A stretch of DNA of 64,000 nt from Macrostomum lignano (lineage: Eukaryota). Made by a program: the position numbers and the translations under genes. The notes beneath the pieces are model-generated. The model was not told the origin of the DNA. It worked only from the letters and a program-made list of their open reading frames with translations, and ran no database searches. The stretch is taken from NCBI GenBank assembly GCA_002269645.1, contig NIVC01000561.1:1-64000 (forward strand). Reading direction: 5' to 3'. Below, piece by piece: positions 1-11,918 of this stretch; positions within the stretch are counted from its first letter, which is position 1; every line of letters starts with the position of its first letter.

Positions 1-3000
1 CCTCAGTCAGGTCGCCAGCCTTGACGCCGCGTCGCTTCAGCACGTCTTCGGCAAGCTTCAGTGCGCCAAGGGCGTCCTTGTCGAGGCCAGCCTTCTCAGC
101 GGCACTCTTGTCGAGCGGTCCCTCCGAGGCTTGACGCAAAGCGTCGCTCAGCGCGTTCTGCTCCTCGGGAGTGAGATCGGCCTTTTGCCGCTCTCCTTGG
201 CGTCATGCGTCTTTTGCATTGCCTTGGCTAGAGCGCCGTCGTCAGCAGAGGCTCGCCGTCGCTTGGCTGGCCAATAGCCTCCAAAATGTCCTTGGCCGTG
301 TCGGCGTCCACCTGTCCGCCTGACCTTTCCAGCTCGGTTAGAGCCTGTCGGCTTCTTCGGCTTTTTGCACTTTGTCGCGTCCCTCCTCGACCATCTTGGC
401 CACCTTGCCGAGCGCTTCAAGCTGCTCCGGACTGACCGTGTCGCCAGCCTTCTTGTTCTCGAGAGCGTTCAGCACAGTGAGCGCGTTGCGCGCCTCAGCG
501 TCGGATAGGCCAAGACTCTCCGGGTCCTCTTCGAGAACCTTCCTCATCGCGCTGGCGCTCTCGGTTAGACTATCAGCCTGGTCGTCGTTCAGCTTCTTGT
601 CCTTGCCGTCGCTGGCTAGCCATGAGAGTGCCTTCAGCGTATCGGCCGCATTCTCGGCGTCCTCAACTGCGGCGGCCTTCTCTGCGTCGCGCAGAGACTC
701 GGCCGACTCGCCCTCCTTTCGCTCTTGTCGGCCTTCTTCTTCTTTTTGTTCAGCAGAGCAGCGCTTTGGCCAGCTGAGCGCGGTCCTCGTCGGTCAGCTC
801 GTCCAACGGACGATCCTTGATGCGCTGCAGCGTCGCTGCTAGCATTTCTCGCTCCTCGTCACTTAGGCCGCTTGCGTCGGACCCAAGCACCTCATCGAGT
901 GCGTTCACTGCGTCGCCGACCGCTTTGCGCTCTTCCTCAGTCAGGTCGCCAGCCTTGACGCCGCGTCGCTTCAGCACGTCTTCGGCAAGCTTCAGTGCGC
1001 CAAGGGCGTCCTTGTCGAGGCCAGCCTTCTCAGCGGCACTCTTGTCGAGCGGTCCCTCCGAGGCTTGACGCAAAGCGTCGCTCAGCGCGTTCTGCTCCTC
1101 GGGAGTGAGATCGGCCTTTTGCCGCTCTCCTTGGCGTCATGCGTCTTTTGCATTGCCTTGGCTAGAGCGCCGTCGTCAGCAGACGGCTCGCCGTCGCTTG
1201 GCTGGCCAATAGCCTCCAAAATGTCTTGGCCGTGTCGGCGTCCACCTGTCCGCCTGACCTTTCCAGCTCGGTTAGAGCCTGTCGGCTTATCTTCGGCTTT
1301 TTGCACTTTGTCGCGTCCCTCCTCGACCATCTTGGCCACCTTGCCGAGCGCTTCAAGCTGCTCCGGACTGACCGTGTCGCCAGCCTTCTTGTTCTCGAGA
1401 GCGTTCAGCACAGTGAGCGCGTTGCGCGCCTCAGCGTCGGATAGGCCAAGACTCTCCGGGTCCTCTTCGAGAACCTTCCTCATCGCGCTGGCGCTCTCGG
1501 TTAGACTATCAGCCTGGTCGTCGTTCAGCTTCTTGTCCTTGCCGTCGCTGGCTAGCCATGAGAGTGCCTTCAGCGTATCGGCCGCATTCTCGGCGTCCTC
1601 AACTGCGGCGGCCTTCTCTGCGTCGCGCAGAGACTCGGCCGACTCGCCCTCCTTTCGCTGCTTGTCGGCCTTCTTCTTCTTTTTGTTCAGCAGAGCAGCG
1701 CTTTGGCCAGCTGAGCGCGGTCCTCGTCGGTCAGCTCGTCCAACGGACGATCCTTGATCCGCTGCAGCGTCGCTGCTAGCATTTCTCGCTCCTCTTCACT
1801 TAGGCCGCTTGCGTCGGACCCAAGCACCTCATCGAGTGCGTTCACTGCGTCGCCGACCGCTTTGCGCTCTTCCTCAGTCAGGTCGCCAGCCTTGACGCCG
1901 CGTCGCTTCAGCACGTCTTCGGCAAGCTTCAGTGCGCCAAGGGCGTCCTTGTCGAGGCCAGCCTTCTCAGCGGCACTCTTGTCGAGCGGTCCCTCCGAGG
2001 CTTGACGCAAAGCGTCGCTCAGCGCGTTCTGCTCCTCGGGAGTGAGATCGGCCTTGCCGCTCTCCTTGGCGTCATGCGTCTTTTGCATTGCCTTGGCTAG
2101 AGCGCCGTCGTCAGCAGATGGCTCGCCGTCGCTTGGCTGGCCAATAGCCTCCAAAATGTCCTTGGCCGTGTCGGCGTCCACCTGTCCGCCTGACCTTTCC
2201 AGCTCGGTTAGAGCCTGTCGGCTTCTTCGGCTTTTTGCACTTTGTCGCGTCCCTCCTCGACCATCTTGGCCACCTTGCCGAGCGCTTCAAGCTGCTCCGG
2301 ACTGACCGTGTCGCCAGCCTTCTTGTTCTCGAGAGCGTTCAGCACAGTGAGCGCGTTGCGCGCCTCAGCGTCGGATAGGCCAAGACTCTCCGGGTCCTCT
2401 TCGAGAACCTTCCTCATCGCGCTGGCGCTCTCGGTTAGACTATCAGCCTGGTCGTCGTTCAGCTTCTTGTCCTTGCCGTCGCTGGCTAGCCATGAGAGTG
2501 CCTTCAGCGTATCGGCCGCATTCTCGGCGTCCTCAACTGCGGCGGCCTTCTCTGCGTCGCGCAGAGACTCGGCCGACTCGCCCTCCTTTCGCTCTTGTCG
2601 GCCTTCTTCTTCTTTTTGTTCAGCATAGCCAGCGCTTTGGCCAGCTGAGCGCGGTCCTCGTCGGTCAGCTCGTCCAACGGACGATCCTTGATCCGCTGCA
2701 GCGTCGCTGCTAGCATTTCTCGCTCCTCTTCACTTAGGCCGCTTGCGTCGGACCCAAGCACCTCATCGAGTGCGTTCACTGCGTCGCCGACCGCTTTGCG
2801 CTCTTCCTCAGTCAGGTCGCCAGCCTTGACGCCGCGTCGCTTCAGCACGTCTTCGGCAAGCTTCAGTGCGCCAAGGGCGTCCTTGTCGAGGCCAGCCTTC
2901 TCAGCGGCACTCTTGTCGAGCGGTCCCTCCGAGGCTTGACGCAAAGCGTCGCTCAGCGCGTTCTGCTCCTCGGGAGTGAGATCGGCCTTTTGCCGCTCTC

Positions 3001-6000
3001 CTTGGCGTCATGCGTCTTTTGCATTGCCTTGGCTAGAGCGCCGTCGTCAGCAGACGGCTCGCCGTCGCTTGGCTGGCCAATAGCCTCCAAAATGTCCTTG
3101 GCCGTGTCGGCGTCCACCTGTCCGCCTGACCTTTCCAGCTCGGTTAGAGCCTGTCGGCTTCTTCGGCTTTTTGCACTTTGTCGCGTCCCTCCTCGACCAT
3201 CTTGGCCACCTTGCCGAGCGCTTCAAGCTGCTCCGGACTGACCGTGTCGCCAGCCTTCTTGTTCTCGAGAGCGTTCAGCACAGTGAGCGCGTTGCGCGCC
3301 TCAGCGTCGGATAGGCCAAGACTCTCCGGGTCCTCTTCGAGAACCTTCCTCATCGCGCTGGCGCTCTCGGTTAGACTATCAGCCTGGTCGTCGTTCAGCT
3401 TCTTGTCCTTGCCGTCGCTGGCTAGCCATGAGAGTGCCTTCAGCGTATCGGCCGCATTCTCGGCGTCCTCAACTGCGGCGGCCTTCTCTGCGTCGCGCAG
3501 AGACTCGGCCGACTCGCCCTCCTTTCGCTCTTGTCGGCCTTCTTCTTCTTTTTGTTCAGCATAGCAGCGCTTTGGCCAGCTGAGCGCGGTCCTCGTCGGT
3601 CAGCTCGTCCAACGGACGATCCTTGATGCGCTGCAGCGTCGCTGCTAGCATTTCTCGCTCCTCGTCACTTAGGCCGCTTGCGTCGGACCCAAGCACCTCA
3701 TCGAGTGCGTTCACTGCGTCGCCGACCGCTTTGCGCTCTTCCTCAGTCAGGTCGCCAGCCTTGACGCCGCGTCGCTTCAGCACGTCTTCGGCAAGCTTCA
3801 GTGCGCCAAGGGCGTCCTTGTCGAGGCCAGCCTTCTCAGCGGCACTCTTGTCGAGCGGTCCCTCCGAGGCTTGACGCAAAGCGTCGCTCAGCGCGTTCTG
3901 CTCCTCGGGAGTGAGATCGGCCTTTTGCCGCTCTCCTTGGCGTCATGCGTCTTTTGCATTGCCTTGGCTAGAGCGCCGTCGTCAGCAGATGGCTCGCCGT
4001 CGCTTGGCTGGCCAATAGCCTCCAAAATGTCTTTGGCCGTGTCGGCGTCCACCTGTCCGCCTGACCTTTCCAGCTCGGTTAGAGCCTGTCGGCTTCATCG
4101 GCTTTTTGCACTTTGTCGCGTCCCTCCTCGACCATCTTGGCCACCTTGCCGAGCGCTTCAAGCTGCTCCGGACTGACCGTGTCGCCAGCCTTCTTGTTCT
4201 CGAGAGCGTTCAGCACAGTGAGCGCGTTGCGCGCCTCAGCGTCGGATAGGCCAAGACTCTCCGGGTCCTCTTCGAGAACCTTCCTCATCGCGCTGGCGCT
4301 CTCGGTTAGACTATCAGCCTGGTCGTCGTTCAGCTTCTTGTCCTTGCCGTCGCTGGCTAGCCATGAGAGTGCCTTCAGCGTATCGGCCGCATTCTCGGCG
4401 TCCTCAACTGCGGCGGCCTTCTCTGCGTCGCGCAGAGACTCGGCCGACTCGCCCTCCTTTCGCTGCTTGTCGGCCTTCTTCTTCTTTTTGTTCAGCAGAG
4501 CCAGCGCTTTGGCCAGCTGAGCGCGGTCCTCGTCGGTCAGCTCGTCCAACGGACGATCCTTGATCCGCTGCAGCGTCGCTGCTAGCATTTCTCGCTCCTC
4601 TTCACTTAGGCCGCTTGCGTCGGACCCAAGCACCTCATCGAGTGCGTTCACTGCGTCGCCGACCGCTTTGCGCTCTTCCTCAGTCAGGTCGCCAGCCTTG
4701 ACGCCGCGTCGCTTCAGCACGTCTTCGGCAAGCTTCAGTGCGCCAAGGGCGTCCTTGTCGAGGCCAGCCTTCTCAGCGGCACTCTTGTCGAGCGGTCCCT
4801 CCGAGGCTTGACGCAAAGCGTCGCTCAGCGCGTTCTGCTCCTCGGGAGTGAGATCGGCCTTTTGCCGCTCTCCTTGGCGTCATGCGTCTTTTGCATTGCC
4901 TTGGCTAGAGCGCCGTCGTCAGCAGACGGCTCGCCGTCGCTTGGCTGGCCAATAGCCTCCAAAATGTCTTGGCCGTGTCGGCGTCCACCTGTCCGCCTGA
5001 CCTTTCCAGCTCGGTTAGAGCCTGTCGGCTTCTTCGGCTTTTTGCACTTTGTCGCGTCCCTCCTCGACCATCTTGGCCACCTTGCCGAGCGCTTCAAGCT
5101 GCTCCGGACTGACCGTGTCGCCAGCCTTCTTGTTCTCGAGAGCGTTCAGCACAGTGAGCGCGTTGCGCGCCTCAGCGTCGGATAGGCCAAGACTCTCCGG
5201 GTCCTCTTCGAGAACCTTCCTCATCGCGCTGGCGCTCTCGGTTAGACTATCAGCCTGGTCGTCGTTCAGCTTCTTGTCCTTGCCGTCGCTGGCTAGCCAT
5301 GAGAGTGCCTTCAGCGTATCGGCCGCATTCTCGGCGTCCTCAACTGCGGCGGCCTTCTCTGCGTCGCGCAGAGACTCGGCCGACTCGCCCTCCTTTCGCT
5401 TGTCGGCCTTCTTCTTCTTTTTGTTCAGCAGAGCCAGCGCTTTGGCCAGCTGAGCGCGGTCCTCGTCGGTCAGCTCGTCCAACGGACGATCCTTGATCCG
5501 CTGCAGCGTCGCTGCTAGCATTTCTCGCTCCTCTTCACTTAGGCCGCTTGCGTCGGACCCAAGCACCTCATCGAGTGCGTTCACTGCGTCGCCGACCGCT
5601 TTGCGCTCTTCCTCAGTCAGGTCGCCAGCCTTGACGCCGCGTCGCTTCAGCACGTCTTCGGCAAGCTTCAGTGCGCCAAGGGCGTCCTTGTCGAGGCCAG
5701 CCTTCTCAGCGGCACTCTTGTCGAGCGGTCCCTCCGAGGCTTGACGCAAAGCGTCGCTCAGCGCGTTCTGCTCCTCGGGAGTGAGATCGGCCTTTTGCCG
5801 CTCTCCTTGGCGTCATGCGTCTTTTGCATTGCCTTGGCTAGAGCGCCGTCGTCAGCAGACGGCTCGCCGTCGCTTGGCTGGCCAATAGCCTCCAAAATGT
5901 CTTGGCCGTGTCGGCGTCCACCTGTCCGCCTGACCTTTCCAGCTCGGTTAGAGCCTGTCGGCTTCATCGGCTTTTTGCACTTTGTCGCGTCCCTCCTCGA

Positions 6001-7175
6001 CCATCTTGGCCACCTTGCCGAGCGCTTCAAGCTGCTCCGGACTGACCGTGTCGCCAGCCTTCTTGTTCTCGAGAGCGTTCAGCACAGTGAGCGCGTTGCG
6101 CGCCTCAGCGTCGGATAGGCCAAGACTCTCCGGGTCCTCTTCGAGAACCTTCCTCATCGCGCTGGCGCTCTCGGTTAGACTATCAGCCTGGTCGTCGTTC
6201 AGCTTCTTGTCCTTGCCGTCGCTGGCTAGCCATGAGAGTGCCTTCAGCGTATCGGCCGCATTCTCGGCGTCCTCAACTGCGGCGGCCTTCTCTGCGTCGC
6301 GCAGAGACTCGGCCGACTCGCCCTCCTTTCGCTTCTTGTCGGCCTTCTTCTTCTTTTTGTTCAGCAGAGCTAGCGCTTTGGCCAGCTGAGCGCGGTCCTC
6401 GTCGGTCAGCTCGTCCAACGGACGATCCTTGATCCGCTGCAGCGTCGCTGCTAGCATTTCTCGCTCCTCTCACTTAGGCCGCTTGCGTCGGACCCAAGCA
6501 CCTCATCGAGTGCGTTCACTGCGTCGCCGACCGCTTTGCGCTCTTCCTCAGTCAGGTCGCCAGCCTTGACGCCGCGTCGCTTCAGCACGTCTTCGGCAAG
6601 CTTCAGTGCGCCAAGGGCGTCCTTGTCGAGGCCAGCCTTCTCAGCGGCACTCTTGTCGAGCGGTCCCTCCGAGGCTTGACGCAAAGCGTCGCTCAGCGCG
6701 TTCTGCTCCTCGGGAGTGAGATCGGCCTTTTGCCGCTCTCCTTGGCGTCATGCGTCTTTTGCATTGCCTTGGCTAGAGCGCCGTCGTCAGCAGACGGCTC
6801 GCCGTCGCTTGGCTGGCCAATAGCCTCCAAAATGTCTTGGCCGTGTCGGCGTCCACCTGTCCGCCTGACCTTTCCAGCTCGGTTAGAGCCTGTCGGCTTC
6901 TCGGCTTTTTGCACTTTGTCGCGTCCCTCCTCGACCATCTTGGCCACCTTGCCGAGCGCTTCAAGCTGCTCCGGACTGACCGTGTCGCCAGCCTTCTTGT
7001 TCTCGAGAGCGTTCAGCACAGTGAGCGCGTTGCGCGCCTCAGCGTCGGATAGGCCAATACTCTCCGGGTCCTCTTCGAGAACCTTCCTCATCGCGCTGGC
7101 GCTCTCGGTTAGACTATCAGCCTGGTCGTCGTTCAGCTTCTTGTCCTTGCCGTCGCTGGCCAGCCATGAGAGTGC
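1..7175 (-). repeat. Coding tandem array, unit ~935 bp (~312 codons), ~7.7 near-identical copies
   Basis: cctcagtcaggtcgcc recurs at 1, 935, 1872, 2806, 3741, 4678, 5611 and 6546; each copy encodes the same A/E/K/D/L-rich peptide (GPLDKSAAEKAGLDKDALGALKLAEDVL...LNKKKKKADK...LSWLASDGKDKKL...). Confidence 0.97.
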
Positions 7176-10100
7176 TATAATTGCTTCAGCTGCATTCGTT
7201 GCTTCAGTTAATATGGATTCTTTTTCTTGGATGGTTGCTTCTTCAATTTCGGTAATTTTTCCTTTGCGTCGCTTTTCTGTTTTCTTTTTTTTCTTTGTGA
7301 TGAGAGCCAAGGCGTCTCCAAGTTGTTTTCTTTCGTTTGAGTTCAGGTCGCTAATTTTTTTGTTTTGAACAGCATTTAGCGTGTCTTTTATTGTGCTTTG
7401 TTCTTGTTTATTAAGACCACTAGTTTCTATGGTAAGCACTTTTTTTGCTGCATCAATGGCGTCACTGAGTTCCTTTTCGTCTTCTGCAGATAGTTTCGCG
7501 TTTTTACTAGGCTGTTTTTGAAGAAGTTCAGCACCATCCTTGATTGTATCACGTGTATTTTCATCTAACCCAGCCTTCTCTGCAGCGCTCTTTTCAAGAG
7601 GAGCAGCTCGTGCTTTTCTTTCCAGAAATTGGCGCAACAATTTTAGTTCAGTCAACGTAAAGTTGCTGAACCTGCCTTCGGCCATACAGCCTTTTAGATT
7701 AGCCAAAATGCCTTGTAGATCACTGTTGTCGCGCTTCTTGTCGCTTTCGACAAGCGTCACAATGCACTGAGACAATTTTGCTAATCGACTGTAATCCCTC
7801 ATTGCAATGAACCTGTTAATGAACTGCAGTTCTCCGAGTAGCCAAATGCTTAGCTCAGCATTTTGAGTGTCGTGAACGTTGTCGTGAATTATATCTGCTA
7901 TTTTAGCAAGTGAGCTGATTTCCTCTTTAGAAAACCTGGCCCCCTTCTCTTTCTGTTGAAGGCCTTTCATCACTGTTAGTGCCCGTACGGTTTCTAGGCC
8001 AGTAAGGCCAAGATCTGTAGGTGACTCACGAAGTGATTTAAATAAGGAATTAAAATTTTAGAAAGGCGATTTGAGTCTTTTCCGCTGAGACTCTTACTTG
8101 GCTTTAGGTCATTTGCCAGCATTTCTTGGATATTAGTAATGGCTTTCATGGCCTTGTCATACATCGTTGTTCTTCGGTCGACTGGGTCACGGAAAGAGCG
8201 TTTCCTGTTAATGACCTGTTCGAGCATATGCGAAAGAGTCTGGTTGTCAGTTCTGTTACTAAATTCGTTGCGCCGTGCACGCCGCAATTGCTGCTTGAGT
8301 TTGCTCTGAACTGAAATGGCTAAGTTCATGCTTGCAGTGGCCCTTCTAAGATAGTCGCAGCACTCGTGCAGTACCATTTTTTCGCTATCGCCAATATTTC
8401 TAGCGGCGAGTAGGCTTTGCGTTGAGGCTATAGCTAGCTTTACTGACCTCTCATTGATTGTAATGTCATCGATCTGAACCCGATTCAACATAGCAACGCC
8501 TCTTAAAATGGCATCACTCTCTGCCATATCAATGTAGCGATCATCTTCCGCTCGGCTCATCACCATTTGAAGAGCCTCTAGAGTAGAGCTCAAATTGTGT
8601 GATCGTATGGCCCGGGAACTTTGTTCTTCACGGCCTCTACAATCGTTTTTAGTTTCGAAAAATTTCGCATATCGTCCTCCGTGGGTGTCATTGGCGTCGT
8701 ATATATTTCGCATCCTCTCTCTCTGAGAAGAACTTCAAGCTGCTGCAGAAAGTACCGGTCTTTAAACGACAATTCCGCGACGTCTGCCACACTAGGAGGT
8801 CGCGCTGAAGCGACATATTCCTTCAGTTCGCTAACCATTTCAGTAGACACTTTAGCACACTTGTCCTTCTCAGCCAGCTGCTCAACACGAGCACGGAATG
8901 CCTCAAGCTTCCGCGTTGGCATGTCGATGCGAAAATGTAGCGCGTAGTGCAACTTGCGGACCTCGTTGCGAGGCAGGAAGAGATAGTCTCGATTAGGGCT
9001 GTGAAGCTTGAACAATTCTAACAGGATGTCAGAAATACGCTGATTAGACCTCTGCATTAGCCGAGAAATTCGCACACGTTTAGCCTCCTCCAAAATCTCG
9101 ATAACACTGGTTAGGAAGCTTACTGGATCTAAGCAGTTATGCCCGACGGCGCTGCAGAGGCGGTCCAGGCAGTGGTTGTTTAATGGCGACAGGCTAATCT
9201 GATTGGAGTGATCTTTCTTTGAGAGGATGGCTAAACGACGGCTCAAATCAAGAACTGCATTGTTAACTGCAACTTCACCGTCTGGTGTCTCGCAGGCTTC
9301 TAAGCAGACGCGCAGTTCCCGTAGAATTTGCGCCACATCGATACCAAGTCGTTCGTCCAGTTCAATTACTTGATTTGCAACGGAGTCGTGAAGGCTCACC
9401 GCCAACTCTGTCAGAGTACCGACAAGCGGGTCAGTACCACCGCCAACAGCGCCCTCTGGTGCAGCCTTTTCGGCCTCTAAAAATGCCTCTGCTGCGGTGA
9501 GGTGCTCTGGTAGTTCGCTGTTTGGCTGCAGTCCAGCTTCCAAAGCGAGTCGTGTCATCTGAACTAAATTGTTCAACATATTTTGGAGATCAGTGTCCGG
9601 TGGGGGCTCCTCAGCCATCAGGGCAAAGTCGCGCAACTCATACAGCTGCTGGCGTAGGGCACCCAAATGACGCGAAGTGTAAGTTGGCTGGGGCGGAGTG
9701 CCGATGTTTAGATCATAGGTGTCTAGAACACCTTCTGGAGGAGGTCCTCCCACAATAGCTGTCTGAAGGGGTCTCTGCTGGCGAGCAGAGCTGATTGCCG
9801 AATCATTTAGCGAGTTACTCGGTTCTCGGGCAGGTTTGGCTAGATCGTGGTTGATCTTCCTCAGTAAGACGTCCGCCATGTATTCCTTACCGAATGTGTC
9901 GCTTCCAGGAAAACGCACTATGTCCCATATGTTAGAACGTTCTTCATCTGTGAGCTCAACAAGCCGCAAAACAGTAGCCAAAAGCTCCGAGATATCAAAC
10001 TCCATAAGGTGGCGACGGACATCGTCCGAGTGAACTGTCAATAGCTGCTCGCGTAGATCTTCTTTTGAGCAAGATGCCGCGGCCACCGGGCTCAGCACTG

Positions 10101-11703
10101 GTGGTTCGACGATTACAATGTTTGGTAGTGCCGCTTCTTCTTTGACCTCTACTATGTCTTCTTTAGGTTCGTTATCCGATCTTGTAGCTTCGACAACTGC
10201 TAGTCTGGGCATTCTTAGGAATCTAAATTGTTCGCCGAGGTCGTACGCTTTGCCAAGCTCGCACTGAGGCAGCTCAGCATCAAGACAGAAGCCTTTCTCT
10301 GTCAAGCGATGTCGGCCGTCTTTTGATGCATCAACTACTATTTCAGATCGCAGGGTTCGCATGTTTTGATCGACTACATCCAGTGTTGTGCAAGTGATTG
10401 ATGGGCCTAATGTCACCTTGTGCATAGCTCGATTCGCAGCCTTACGAGTTACTTTTTTCTGGCCCAGAGGACGTACCGAGTGTATGAGCTGAAACTTCGG
10501 CGCGCCGTCGTCACCGTCACCGGTAGTTAAATTTTCACTTGCCTTTGACTCTAAAGTTGGTAGAATTACCGGAAGGTTTGATTCTGGGGTATGAATTGCG
10601 TTTGCATCGGAAGATATTGGTGGCGACTTCGGTGGAGAAGGCGAAGCTGGTTTAGCAAACGAAGTCTGAAGCAAAGTTGCTGTGAGACTCATCTCGGGTG
10701 ATGCTTTGCCCGAATCGCCAGATTTCTCAGTGTTGATGATCTCTGTTGCTTCCGCTAGATAGCTGTATTGATAGGTGCGTGTTTCCTGAGGACGGCTCTG
10801 GCGCTTGCGTTGCTGCTCAGCGGCCGCTATTTCTAACTCGTCTGGCGGCGGTTCGTCCACAATTATCAGTGCTTCTTCGCTACGTCGAAGACGCTGACGC
10901 TCTTGCATCTGCCTCCGACGTTCGCGCACTTCCTCCATGCGCAAATCTTGATGCGAGCTTGTTGTAGCCGGCCTGTGTAATTGGAGTTGATTCCGGCCGA
11001 AGCTACTCATTTCCGGATGCTCGCTAAGCGCATGGTGCACCTTTGCAACTAAATCAGCGATGGAACTGCCACGTGAGGCTATAGTAGCGGCGGCAGAACC
11101 GCGACGAATAGGTGTTGTGGACGTGGTGGTAGACGTTTCAACGACCGGCGTCACTTTAGGTCGCGGCCGCTGACTGGGCAAGTTTTCAAGAATCACGCTG
11201 ATGCGTTGATGCCTCTCAGCCACTGTGCCATGGCCAAGTCGAGGCGCACTAGCGTAGCGAGCTCGATATGACTGCTCGATGTTGCCGGTGTGTGGCTCCG
11301 CCGCGCCCCTCGGGAAAGTTAGTCGGGGTTCCGGCACTTCATATCCGCTAGACGAACCACCGGAAGATCGCGCGGCTGACCTAGCAGACGGGGGCGCCTG
11401 CTCCGACGCCGGGTGGACGGCGTTTCCCGGCCAGGCCGCCTGCTTGGCCTCGTAGAACTTGGCCTTGGCCTCAGCCAGAGTCGGCATAGATGTGGTTAGC
11501 TCGATTGGCGACACGCAGGCATCCCGTCGCTCCGGTTGCTGCTGCTGTTGGGGCAGCGGCGGTGCAGAATCAAACACCGAACTGGCGGCCGACCAGCGCA
11601 TCTGGCTGTCTCGGCTTTGTCTGCTATCGACATTGCCGGATCTCTCCCTGCTTCTCGCTGAGGATGACGATGAAGACGATTCACTCGAGTGTCGCCGTCG
11701 TGC

Positions 11704-11734
<31 letters not shown>

Positions 11735-11918
11735 TGCTCCTGCGGCGGCTGCTCCGAAGCCGGACGTTTTGGTCGCAACTTTACCGACAGAGGCCGCTGG
11801 TGCTGGCCAGCTTCGGTTGACGAGGTCGACGATGACCCCGGATCGCGGCGTGGGCGCATGCGAGCTGGCGGCTGCTGCGGTTGCATCTCCGCCGCTGCCG
11901 ATGGGCTCTGGCTGTCGC
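1..11918 (-). CDS. Giant unknown protein (~3,900+ aa in window, 3'-truncated): low-complexity N-terminal part, helical middle, then ~312-aa tandem repeats
   Basis: Collinear minus-strand ORFs 8590-11958, 7994-8713, 6693-7973 and the repeat fragments join up: acceptor tttacag|GC at 11918; one apparent 1-nt frameshift near 8600; an 83-nt GTAAGA...CCTACAG intron at 8097-8015 joins ...LKP to NLGLTGLETVRALTVMKG in frame; then repeats to the window edge. No family recognised. Confidence 0.7.
8015..8097 (-). other. 83-nt phase-1 intron in the giant repeat gene
   Basis: AAG CCA A|gtaagag...AT-rich...cacctacag|AT CTT GGC; removal fuses ORF 7994-8713 with ORF 6693-7973 in frame. Confidence 0.75.

Noticed and set aside
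180-370. Programmed -1 ribosomal frameshifting at the A-runs in each repeat
   Set aside because: No canonical X XXY YYZ slippery heptamer or obvious stimulatory structure, and several shifts per unit would be needed; consensus error is simpler.
372-7368. Plus-strand ORFs over the coding array
   Set aside because: Antisense shadows of the GC-rich minus-strand repeat; S/A/L/R-rich and without independent support.
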